A stretch of 64,000 nucleotides of DNA from an uncultured virus (IMG/VR IMGVR_UViG_3300030109_004479) (taxonomy: Duplodnaviria; Heunggongvirae; Uroviricota; Caudoviricetes). Location: the IMG/VR virus record IMGVR_UViG_3300030109_004479, positions 1 through 64,000 of that record; one strand, given 5' to 3'. Made by a program: the position numbers and the translations under genes. A model generated the notes under the pieces. It had not been told where the DNA came from. It worked only from the letters and a program-made list of their open reading frames with translations, and did no database searches. The first letter of the stretch is position 1. Each line of letters opens with the position of its first letter. Shown piece after piece: positions 30,201 to 40,561 of the stretch.

Positions 30201-33200
30201 TTCTTAGGAATTATATGGTTCCTTATTTAAGTGAGTTCGGTGGTGACTTGGAGTCTGATAAGGATCTTAAACAATTTACTAAAATCAGAGGAGACGAAAC
30301 CTTCTCTGAAATGAATGCATCTAGACAAGAAGCAACAGCCAAGGCTGATGATGCAATTAAAAAAGCTTCGTTCGGCATGGATGTAGAAAGGATCATGGCA
30401 TTATTTGGGCCTAAAATGTACGACGCTAAACTGGCTAAAGTTCTTGTAAAAGAATCAGCTCAAAACTCTTATGATGCTCTTAAAGATTTATTTGAAATTG
30501 ACCCAAATTTAAAACCTGAAATTGAATACGGTTCTTGGACATACGGCAATAGCGAAATAGATAAAGAAAGAGCTTGGAAATGGGGGCAGATTATCAAAGG
30601 AAGAAAATATGGAGAGGTAGCAGTACCTGAAGAATTAATTGAAGACTCAATTAAGGCATTAGAAAAAGGCAAAGCATTTGGTGATAGTCAATGGTTTTAC
30701 GTCAGGGATAATGGAATAGGAATGAATCCTGAGATTATAAATAATGCTTTCTTTACTTTGGGTGGAAGTTACAAACAATCTAAAAAATCATCAGGAGGTT
30801 TTGGTCTTGCTAAAATTCAAATGCTGCACTCAGCGGAAGAAGTTTTTATAAAAACAGTTAGGGACGGAGTTCAGACAACTGTTCGTGTAGACCACGACAC
30901 CTTGATGCAACAAAAAGATTTTGATATGGTAACTACAGAGGTACCAGAGGGAACCCCCTCAGGTACGCAAGTCTGGTTGAAGTATCCAAAAGAAATAGAT
31001 GGTCAAGCAGTTGATATGAAACAGTATGAGTATTTGCCAGACCAAAACATTTATGATGAAAACTTTGAAATAAAAATTAATAATGATGGTGAACAATCAT
31101 CGACCTTAAATATAAATACTTTTGATCAAGATCATGGGTTTGAAAAAACTGTTGTAAAAACACCTACTGCTGACGTCACAATTCGTGCTTTAAAAGTAGG
31201 CAAGTACGACAAGGATGGGAATAAGATATACAGTTTATCTTCAAAAGAATCTCCTTGGGGCAAGTCTTATGATAATAGCACTATTAAAATATTTTCTAAT
31301 GGTTTACTTCAATTTGAAAGGAAAACCCCCAACGTTGAACCCAATGATCATTTTGGGGACAAACTGCCTTATCATTTCATAGTAGACATTAATTCTAATG
31401 CAGACACTGCTAGCCTTGATTATCCTTTCAACAACAACAGAGAGGGTTTCTCTCCTCAATGGACAGGCAAAAGTACTTCAGAACCTACTCATCCTATTCA
31501 AAAAGTTATAGATGACGTTGTAAACAAATACAGAAAAGAATACCGTGAGCTCACTTTTTCACAAGAGTTTGATATTATAAAAGGTATAGATGGGGCTGAC
31601 CCTAAACCAAGTGTTCCTGTTGTGTACAACAATATGAACTTTGATTTAAACAGTGACGAGTTATCGCTAATGAATGATATATCTAAAATTATTTTTGATA
31701 TATCAGATGATCTCTTGGATGTATATAAACATGATTATTTTAATAATGAAAACAGTCTTCGTAGTAGGAACTACGTTGAAAGAGCTTTAAAAAATAATGA
31801 GAAAGTTGAGCATGAAAAAGATCCTTCTAAGAATGATAAAGCAATATCCTACCACTACGGGGCAGCCCTATCAAAAAATTGGGGAGGTGTAAATACATCT
31901 AAAGAACCTAATTTAATTTTAGTAAACCCTGTTTATTCATCTACTTTGTTTGATAAAGAAGGAGACATCAGAAGTGATATAGGTATAGAAGGGTTTGCAG
32001 ATTACATTACAGATATTATTTTCCACGAAGTAAATCACGTAAGTCAGAATAACGAAAACGCTGGATTTACTTATGCTTTCTCTGCCATCAAAGGATATAA
32101 ATCTATGCTTGATCCTATCTTTCAAGACAGTAGGCAAAGAATATCTGAACTAATACAAAACAATTATGACACCATCAAAAGAATTAGACAAAAATTTGTT
32201 AAGGGAAGCACTAAATTTCTTGACGCAGAAATACAAGGAAACGGGTTCATTGACTCGGTCAATGAATCTGACGATGTACGTGGCAGAGAAGTACGGAGCC
32301 AAAGGGAAGCTATTGAAGAAAACTTTGGAAAAAACTTCCCCCATGATGAAATCCAAGTCACCGACAGAGGTGTTACTTTACTTGAAGCGTTTAGCAAAAG
32401 AACCTTCAAAGCAGACGAAGTAAATAACGATCCACCTATACAGCGTACACGGATCAGTGCACAGCCAGAAAATAATTGGTCATCCCTTGCAGGTAAACAA
32501 GTAGGAGGTTTATATATTTCTTCTGAAGCTATTGAAGACGGTTACTCTATTCTGGAGAAACCTTCTAACAAAGTGAAGAAAGAACAATATGAACAAGCCA
32601 AGCTTAGATTAGAAGCACACTTAGAAGAAGAAAGAATAAACGCAGAGTCAGAAAACGACAACTACGTACCTTTTTCATATGATCTTGTTTCGATTGAAAA
32701 AGATCAGGTTCGATTCATGTTAATGTCTGATCTTAAAGAAGCTCATCCTTTTGTTGTAGAATCTTTAAGAGTACCACACAGTGCAGACGGAGACATACAA
32801 GAAGGTCGTATAGGAAACGCTATCTTCCACAGGATGGAAACTATTTTAGGTCAACGCCATCCTCTTTACAACTACCACAAAACTATCACCGATCTTGAGT
32901 CTTCTTTAGGACTACTGGGGTCACCAAGTGGATCAGAAAGAGTATGGAAAGATCAGATCGAAAGTACAGGTTTGCGTTACGAAGATTTACTTAAAGAACA
33001 CCAGATTATAAAAGATAAGTTTTTCCCTGATGACCAAAGAACTAAGATCCACACGAAAGATCCTACGGAAGCTCCTGAGTATTTAGAAGCTACTGAATCA
33101 TGGAATATGCTCACTGACATATTGAGAGCGGATATACCTGTAATGGAGGATTCAAGGGGAGTTAAATACTTACAGCGTTTATTGTACAGATCGAAGGCAC

Positions 33201-36200
33201 ACCCTGAATGGAAAAAAGGGGGCAAGTACTGGAGTCTTTTCTTTGGGCCTAACGAAAGAAAGTTAAGAAGATACATAGAAAGATCTAACTTCTTTAAATC
33301 TACTATTGGAAATAAAGTTTTAGCTTACAAGAACACAACAGATGAATTACTTAATTCTGTTTATGTGCAAGCAGGTAAAGAGATACCTTCTCAGGTCATC
33401 ATGGATGCTACTGGATCAACTGATTTAAATGCTCCCGAAGAAATACTTGCACAGATTCAAGAAGATTATCTTAACGAACTGGATGGCGTAAACACGAATG
33501 AAGAGTTAACGGCTGAAGAGAAAGAAAAAGCATTCTTAGATGCATTTAATAATCGAGAGGCTGCTAAATCTAAAGCGAGAACAGAAGCTATTAAAGCAGC
33601 TAAAAGAAAGCAAAACCAATCTATAGCAATAATAAGAAATGATTCTCCAGAATTGGCAGACCATATAGTTTCTTTAAGAAAGTTAGCTGACACTTTATCT
33701 TCTGAGGTAGCTGACATAATTTCATTCACGGCTCCTGATCTTAAACTTAGAATAGGTGCTGGTCTCCAATTGTATTTAACAAAACAATACAGAATATTTA
33801 CCTACAAGAAAGGCGAGTGGGCTAATGAGTTCTTAAATAAAGAGGTACACAAAGATGCAAGAGACTTAGCCTTAGATTACTTTGCAACACATTGGAAAGC
33901 TCAAAGAGTTGAGCACCTTATAAAAGAAGGGGGCCTTACAAAAGAAAGGGCAAACATCGAAGCTCAGGCAGAGCTAGAGTCTAATGATGACTTGGCTCAA
34001 CAAGCATTGGAAGAGTTCTTAAAAAGCTACGAAGGTGACTACGGTGTAGATAGTTTTAAGAGGAGGGGCAATTTACCTGAGGGAATGAGAGCTGCTCTTG
34101 GAGAGTTTAAAGAAGAATCTAACTTAGATATCTTATACAGAACAGTAATAAATCTTGGAGGGTTGGCTTCTAAACTAGCTCTTAAAGATCGTATTGTTAG
34201 TGAAGGAATAAAAGCAGGGTGGTTAGTAACTCAAGAAAAGATAGCTGAGGAAACCGCTAGAGCTAAGAAGTTTGACAGACCTAATCCATATAAAGATTAT
34301 GAAGAGGTCAGCAAAACTACATCTTCGGATAGCGATGTTGCTGAAGTTGCGGGCTCTGAAGGAACCACAAAATTAGGAGCTTTTAAAGTTAAGTTTAATC
34401 CTGATGGTACCGCCAAAGAAGCACCAACAAGAAAACCACCAAACACTGATCCTTTAATTAATTACAGAGTTAAAACAGAAGACGGTTCTGTCGAGGAAAA
34501 AGGTAATTTGTTAGCGCATCCTGAAGTGGCTAGCTACATAAGGTCTATACTTAATCCTGAAAAAGCAAAAGATTTAAACTTTGCTGAACAAGCAGAGAAT
34601 ATATTAGCTCAGATATCTGGATTGAGTCTTGTATCTAAAACAGCGGGTTCGGTACCCTTTTATGAGAGACAGGTTCTAGGCTCTTTCTTATTCTTAAGTC
34701 AAAACGGGTTACCCGCAAGTGAGATAGCAGGTTATATCCCACAACTTGGTTCAGAAATTAAAAGGCAAGTGTTCCCTTCAGGAGTATTTAATAAGAGAAG
34801 TTATACTCAAAACGATTCTGCCGACAGGGGCAGCATGGGTTATTACGCACAGCTCTCTACTTTAGGAGTTCTAGACGGTGGTGTTAATTATGCGTTGTTG
34901 CGAGATTTGTTAGGGGGAAGTAAAGGCTTTTCCATATCAAGAGAACGTGATGCCGAAGATATTCAATTAGAAATTGATAACTTACAAGACCCATCCAGAG
35001 CAGAAAAGTTTAAAAGCAAGTTGTTCCCAGAAGGAAGTGTACAAGAAAAGACTTTGTTAAAGGCAGCTGGCATGATCGCAGGTACTGGAAGTATCGCTTC
35101 CAAGAAGGCGCAAGCTTTGGTTTTAGCATTAGATAACGCTATGAAAATCGTTGCTTTTGAATATGAAAAGCAAACTATCTTAGCCGCTAGACAAGACTCA
35201 ATAGAGGCTAATAGAAATGACATGTACAAAGACATGACCAATGCAGAGGTTGATGCCCTTGCAGGTGATATCATTTTGAAAACGCAACAGTCTAGAAGTC
35301 AAAGTGCTCCTATCGTAAAGTTCTTTGCAGAGTTTCCTGTGGTCAGAGTCATCACGGCTCCGTTTGCTAGGTTCATAGGTGAGAACCCAAGACTGATGAC
35401 TAATATTCCACGTCAGGCAAGAGCCGAACAGAAAAGTGAGAACCCTATCATACAGGCAAGAGGTAAACGAAGAGCCAACGGATTTATAGGAACAAACTTT
35501 GTTTTGTATATGGCAATTCCAAAACTTGTTCANNNNNNNNNNTGTTTGTAACTAATCTAAATGACGAGGACGAAAGAGAATTTAGAGAAGGCAGTCCTAA
35601 GTGGTCAAGAATCCAAAACTTACTTTATGTCAGACAAAACGGGCAACTAAACTCCATGAGTTTCAGTTATGTTCATCCTATGTCTCCAATCTTAGATTCC
35701 CTAATGCGGGGTTTTGAGAGTGCAGTAAGGGGTGAACCTAAAAAAGCAATAGAAGCTCTAACTACAGATTACCTATTAAACACATTCTTAAACGAGCAGA
35801 TTATGTTCTCCGCAATGATGGACGTGTTCGTATTTAATGAAGACGCTAACACGGGCAGAGAAATCTACACTGAGTATTCCCCCGATGCTCTTCAGTTGAA
35901 GTTAAAGTACATTTATGAAAAAGGTTTAGAGCCGCCTTCATTAACGGCCACTAGAAAAATAATTAAAGCAACAGGAGATGCCGACTACAAAACAGGAGAG
36001 GATGCTAGAACATTTATGGGAGCTCCATACTACAGTCCTGAGGGGGAGTTCTTTAGGCATATAACTCCTGTTAAATTCCACGCACTTCAGTTAGAGCAAC
36101 TAGCAAGGAGACGCTTCAAAGAAATTCAAGGCGGGTTGTATGGTGAACTCTCCAGAAAAAATGTACTTCTTAACGAAGAAAAAGGTTATCAAAATAAACA

Positions 36201-36510
36201 AGTCCAAAAAATTATTAACAGGGAATACCAAGCGATGGAATCAGCTTTGAAAGATGCTCGTGCTGCTTACTTAGTTTACTCAAAAGCTTTAGGTGAAACA
36301 GCTGTTAAAGATATAATGAAAGGAGCTAGACTTAGAAAAAGTTTAGTAGATATAGTAGCTAAGGGATACATAACCACTGAAGACTTCCAAAGCGAAGGAC
36401 AAGGTATAAAGGATTACTTGTCAGACAGAAACTTAGACATAAGAAGACAAAGAGTTATAGATGCCTACAAAAATAGTATGGGTGGATCACTCCTTAGGAG
36501 TCTTGATTAA
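18236..36510 (+). CDS. Giant (~6,000 aa) polyvalent/ejected protein: zincin, DUF7178-like, SAM methyltransferase and GHKL ATPase domains; interrupted by an N gap
   Basis: Open from 18236 to the Ns at 35533-35542; the frame of ORF 35656-36510 is open back to the gap. Motifs HEIMH...EFVAE, LDWGSGKG...NVV, KESAQNSYDA...DNGIGM...GGFGLAK, HEVNH, WYDG...SPQKDW...KVRSFYNNI...VTMDTHA. Confidence 0.8.
35533..35542. other. Assembly gap (10 N)
   Basis: Run of N in the sequence. Confidence 1.
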
Positions 36511-36670
36511 GTAGAACCCCGTACACCGTACATTTTAAACCCCTCATAGATCATGATACAGTGTACAGGGCTCATCGTGGGAAAGTAACAACGAAGTAAA
36601 ACCTTTCTCCACGAGGGGGACGCATTTAAGTCCCTCAGTATTATCAGTAGCGTGTATTGAAGATATATAA

Positions 36671-36949
36671 TTAAAGCTCGTCGTCAATATTATTTGAATT
36701 ATTTTTAGGTTCTCGTAGAACCATCTCATAAAAACTAGTTATAGCAGCAGCTTTATCGGGCCCTTTATACAAAACCACATCAAATTTAGATTCAATATTT
36801 GGTATGTATGAGTGGGCTACTACTGCGTAATTGTCCTCTCCTGAGCCCGTCTGAGCATACATACATATGCTTTCATAAGGCCCTTGTTCAGGTTTCTCTA
36901 GTTTTAATAGTACTTCCCTGACTGCGTTAGGTTCTGTTGCTGTTTGCAT
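36671..36949 (-). CDS. Hypothetical protein
   Basis: 92-aa ORF overlapping the upstream gene. Confidence 0.6.
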   Translation of the reverse strand: MQTATEPNAVREVLLKLEKPEQGPYESICMYAQTGSGEDNYAVVAHSYIPNIESKFDVVLYKGPDKAAAITSFYEMVLREPKNNSNNIDDEL

Positions 36950-37235
36950 AGTTGTCTATGTGTTCATTCAAAGACTCAAGAGTATCTTTTACGCTACTCT
37001 TGTGTTGTTTTACTTTCTTCTCAGCCATAATGACTGTAGAAAAATGTCTATTAAACATCTTACCCACCTCTACCAAAGTGTACCCCCTAGCCCGTGCCGC
37101 AAACATTCCTAAATGCCGCCACTGACACACAGCCGCATCTCGTGTTCCGCTTTTTAAATCTTCTGCCGAATAGCCCGAAACGCTAGATAAAGCATCTAAT
37201 ATATGTGCCGACGATGTCTTTTTATGTAGTATCAT
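36927..37235 (-). CDS. Stand-alone DnaA C-terminal (domain IV) HTH protein
   Basis: SAEDLKSGTR...RHLGMFAAR..GYTLVEVGKMFNRHFSTVIMAEKKV matches the Bac_DnaA_C pattern. Confidence 0.8.
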   Translation of the reverse strand: MILHKKTSSAHILDALSSVSGYSAEDLKSGTRDAAVCQWRHLGMFAARARGYTLVEVGKMFNRHFSTVIMAEKKVKQHKSSVKDTLESLNEHIDNYANSNRT

Positions 37236-37437
37236 TTGTATGTAAAATATGGTTTAACCTCTTAGCTAATTTATTGTTCTTTAATTGAAAGGGCTCCCCC
37301 ACAAAAGCGGGCATCTCTGGTGGTGAAATTATAGGGAACATTTTCACAGAGTCAGGTTCTACTATTCCTTCATTATCTATTACACCCTCTATCATGAAGG
37401 GCATATTATTTGGAAATACTTCCCTAATTATCTGCAT
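37222..37437 (-). CDS. Hypothetical protein
   Basis: 71-aa ORF with a leaderless-type promoter. Confidence 0.6.
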   Translation of the reverse strand: MQIIREVFPNNMPFMIEGVIDNEGIVEPDSVKMFPIISPPEMPAFVGEPFQLKNNKLAKRLNHILHTNDTT

Positions 37438-37442
37438 ACTTA

Positions 37443-37471
37443 ACTCTAATCTTTCTATAATTTCAACGCAA
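37443..37471 (-). promoter_or_regulatory. Sigma70-like promoter, leaderless type
   Basis: TTGCGT-N17-TAGAGT, 5 nt before ATG 37437. Confidence 0.45.
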
Positions 37472-37704
37472 GTTCAAAAATGGGGTGGCATTCATACGTT
37501 AAAAGGAAAACATGTAAATTTTTTTTAAAACTAAAACTGGCTCATAAATCGCTCAGGAATGGAGGCAGTGATTATTAGGTAAGTATTAGCCATATATTAA
37601 TAAGAGCCTTTTAAGGGCTGTTTTAAACCCCTTCAGAATTAAATACAGAAGGCAACGGTACAGGATAAATCCATACAGGCGATTCTCAGGCAGTTTAAAA
37701 TCAC

Positions 37705-37740
37705 AAAAAAAAGCGGTGCACCCATTACAGGTACACCGCT
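37705..37740 (-). terminator. Intrinsic terminator of the early operon
   Basis: Minus strand AGCGGTGTACC-loop-GGTGCACCGCT followed by a T-run, just after the stop at 37759. Confidence 0.8.
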
Positions 37741-37758
37741 CAGTGTTCAGTATTTAAT

Positions 37759-37941
37759 TTAGCTATCCTTTACAGACTGCTTAGTGACCTGAACTTTGGT
37801 CACCTGATTAAGCTCATCAACATAGGATATTGCCTCCTCTATTTTTTCTTTTATCTCCTTTCCAGTGGGCTCCAACTCGCACCAATGCGACGGAGCTCCA
37901 TAGAAAGTGAACTTATATAATTTTGCTTTTTTCATAACCAC
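37759..37941 (-). CDS. Hypothetical early protein
   Basis: 60-aa ORF overlapping the upstream gene and followed by a terminator. Confidence 0.55.
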   Translation of the reverse strand: MVMKKAKLYKFTFYGAPSHWCELEPTGKEIKEKIEEAISYVDELNQVTKVQVTKQSVKDS

Positions 37942-38279
37942 GGTTGGATATCTTTTAAAGTTCGTTTTATAAAATAGTTAATTACAGGTGCCAATCCTAA
38001 CGGACTAACAAACTTGCGAACCTGCCTTAACATTTTTATCCTATCTAAACCTGAGCGCACTATTTGACGTTCCTCAAGTGTGAGGGGCTCCAGAGTTTCT
38101 AAGTCTAGAGCTGTAATCCTATCCCACGATTGCCTCCTAACAACTGCCCAACCAATTGATTTTGCATATGTTAGTGCAGACTTACGAGTAGGGAAAGGGA
38201 TCTCAAAGTCAGGGCAGAGTCGGCTAACTAAAGCCCACTCTGACCCAACTCTGATTAGATAACTACCTGACCGTGCCAT
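37932..38279 (-). CDS. Hypothetical early protein
   Basis: 115-aa ORF coupled to the DUF932-like gene. Confidence 0.6.
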   Translation of the reverse strand: MARSGSYLIRVGSEWALVSRLCPDFEIPFPTRKSALTYAKSIGWAVVRRQSWDRITALDLETLEPLTLEERQIVRSGLDRIKMLRQVRKFVSPLGLAPVINYFIKRTLKDIQPWL

Positions 38280-39448
38280 TAGCTGACTAACTCAGGTGCA
38301 GTGGTTGCTAATAAAGAATCACGCTTAACAGTTGGAAGCGTAATCAACTTTCCTGCGATCTCCTCCAACTTAACTCGACGGCTAAATGATTCAACCTCCT
38401 GAGCCATGCGAGTCACTGCGGCCTGTACACCGTACAAGTTAGGCTCCTCATTTTGCATGGCCATCTCAGCTATCTTAGTTTCGATATCTGAAAACTTATT
38501 TTCAGTACCAACTCTTTTTATAACCTCAATTGGATCACCAGTTACCTGTGCCTCATGAGACTCTTTTAAAATCTCAGCGAACTCGGCATGCTTCTTAGGA
38601 TCAAGTGCCGCTCTGGTAGCGTCAGCTATAAGTACTTTAAGTGAAGCTAACTCAGCCTTGCGGAAGCTATCAGCTTGTAACTTACCGTACTCCTGAGAGA
38701 TCTTAGAACCTCTATGAACCTCTCGGAATTCCATATGATTCTGCTGACCAAATCTTAGGCCATTTAAGCAATAAGCATCACACGCAAAAAAGCTACCTTC
38801 AAAGGCCCCATCACCTGTACCACTATTTGAAATACTGGTACCTAAGTGAACTTCCCTGTCACCGTTTGCAGTTGGCATTACTACCACTGGATCTTTTGTG
38901 ACAATGTTAAAGTAAGTACGCTCCATAGTAGCTCGGCCACCTAAGATTACATACTCGGTATCATGCTCTTCAATTACTGGTATCATGGTCTCAAGAATGA
39001 GATCATCATCTATTGGCTTGTAAGTATCACCACAGAATGCCCTTGCTACAAATAAGCCTGCCTCATTTTGCTGAGACCTTACCAAGAACTTTCTAGAGTC
39101 TCTCTCAAACTGCTCGTTAACAATTTGAGTAAGCAATGGCTTCTGGTCAGTCTCAACTAAGTGATCACTGAGTGAGCTGAGGCCCTTAGCCAATTTGCCA
39201 TACATTTTCTTATTGAAGTGGCGGTTGGTTGGGAACTCGAATTGTGGCTTGTTAGGATCAGTGTTCGACAAGTTAAAGGTGAACCGTTTCATTTCCTCAC
39301 TCCAGTCAAATCTCATTTGTGAAGAGTGACCAATCAGGTCGACACGCTCACGAGAAATTTGCTCCCACAATTTATCCAAAGGTCTTACCGCAGCATTCTT
39401 GCTACTTGATCTTGGAGTTAATACGGCTTGTTCATTTTCTATATTCAT
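38279..39448 (-). CDS. DUF932/DUF945-like protein
   Basis: RAFCGDTYKPIDD...GTSISNSGTGDG...CLNG...HRG...NLYGVQAAVT pattern. Confidence 0.7.
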   Translation of the reverse strand: MNIENEQAVLTPRSSSKNAAVRPLDKLWEQISRERVDLIGHSSQMRFDWSEEMKRFTFNLSNTDPNKPQFEFPTNRHFNKKMYGKLAKGLSSLSDHLVETDQKPLLTQIVNEQFERDSRKFLVRSQQNEAGLFVARAFCGDTYKPIDDDLILETMIPVIEEHDTEYVILGGRATMERTYFNIVTKDPVVVMPTANGDREVHLGTSISNSGTGDGAFEGSFFACDAYCLNGLRFGQQNHMEFREVHRGSKISQEYGKLQADSFRKAELASLKVLIADATRAALDPKKHAEFAEILKESHEAQVTGDPIEVIKRVGTENKFSDIETKIAEMAMQNEEPNLYGVQAAVTRMAQEVESFSRRVKLEEIAGKLITLPTVKRDSLLATTAPELVS

Positions 39449-39542
39449 AATGTATATTTTGTTTTTCGTTGTTTGTTAGTCAGTACTAGTTGTAAGTGCT
39501 GAAGTGTGCACCCTGCATTGTACAGGGTGCAGTGTTCAGTGC

Positions 39543-39728
39543 TCACTCCTCAATAATAAACCAAGGCGATAGGTCGCCAGACTTTACCGACTCATTCAAA
39601 TACTTAAGCAACTGCTCAGTGACATCTTCTGAACTGCTACCAGTGAAACTCAAGTTGCATGACGCACTAAAGTATTTCGTTTCATCAGCCGTACGCATAA
39701 GCTTACCGTCTTTAAATTTATACTTCAT
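39543..39728 (-). CDS. Hypothetical early protein
   Basis: 61-aa ORF with ATGA coupling. Confidence 0.55.
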   Translation of the reverse strand: MKYKFKDGKLMRTADETKYFSASCNLSFTGSSSEDVTEQLLKYLNESVKSGDLSPWFIIEE

Positions 39729-39961
39729 ACTTCTGAATCGTTAGAGCCCCAGTCTGAAGTACCGTTATTAAAACGGTTTACTACGTCACCTACGTTGACC
39801 TCAAGTTGGCCGACAAATGGGGCACAAGCTTGGGTTATTACGTTGCTGACCTGTACAGTGTCACAAGCTACGATTTTAGTTACCGTACCAAACAATGTTC
39901 TCTCACATTCTAAGGCTCCATAGTTAAAGGCGACAAAGTCACCACGTTTTATTGTATTCAT
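39725..39961 (-). CDS. Hypothetical early protein
   Basis: 78-aa ORF with an upstream promoter and A/C-rich leader. Confidence 0.6.
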   Translation of the reverse strand: MNTIKRGDFVAFNYGALECERTLFGTVTKIVACDTVQVSNVITQACAPFVGQLEVNVGDVVNRFNNGTSDWGSNDSEV

Positions 39962-40006
39962 AATTTCGTTGTTTAGTTGTTTGTTAGGGGTTCATCCCCT
40001 CAAGTA

Positions 40007-40034
40007 ATAGTACTAGCTGAGCTCTACAACTCAA
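40007..40034 (-). promoter_or_regulatory. Early sigma70-like promoter
   Basis: TTGAGT-N16-TACTAT about 45 nt upstream of ATG 39961. Confidence 0.55.
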
Positions 40035-40076
40035 CAGTTAATTAAGATAAACTTATTAGCCATATGTGATTAACTT

Positions 40077-40139
40077 TATAGGGCTCAGTGCTCAGGGCTC
40101 AGGATTCATTGTACAGGATACGGTGTTCAGGGCTCAGCT
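40077..40139 (+). repeat. Degenerate 7-bp tandem array (9 units)
   Basis: tataggg|ctcagtg|ctcaggg|ctcagga|ttcattg|tacagga|tacggtg|ttcaggg|ctcagct. Confidence 0.8.
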
Positions 40140-40561
40140 TGGAATGTATCAATATGAATCTGGCTTTGGAGTTTCAGATATCAGCACCGCTCATTGAATA
40201 CTGAACAATGAACACTGAAAAAAGCATAGGGATCAGCGGGTGATATTCGTTACTCACTGAGAGTCATACAGTTGTACAGGAATCAAGACTAATCATTACG
40301 CATATTGTAGGAAGTTATGACGCCACGGGTGGGGGTGGTAGTTTTCGTGGCAGATCCTCCTACATATATACACCTTTATAAAAAAATTAATGGGAAATTC
40401 CATTTTTTGTAGCGGGTTTTTTATTTTTAATAAGCGGTCGCTCAAAAAAGGCACCGCTCTTTTTAAAAAACAGGTTAAATAAGCGGTTACCGCTCATAAT
40501 AATAGTATATAATATTTAGATAAAAAGTTTGCAATACTAAGGGAGCCGAGATATCGTAAGA

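Noticed and set aside
35521..35656. Apparent stop of the 5771-aa ORF and a separate 284-aa gene (possible frameshift or pseudogene)
   Set aside because: The frame change coincides with the 10-N gap, and the downstream frame is open right back to the gap, so this is an assembly artefact
36544..36729. 61-aa minus-strand ORF
   Set aside because: Overlaps the upstream gene by 59 nt, runs into the heptamer array and has no supporting signals
37584..40065. 12-bp direct repeat TATTAGCCATAT at 37584 and 40054 flanking the early cassette (att-like)
   Set aside because: Short and AT-rich, with no recombinase found; cannot be distinguished from chance
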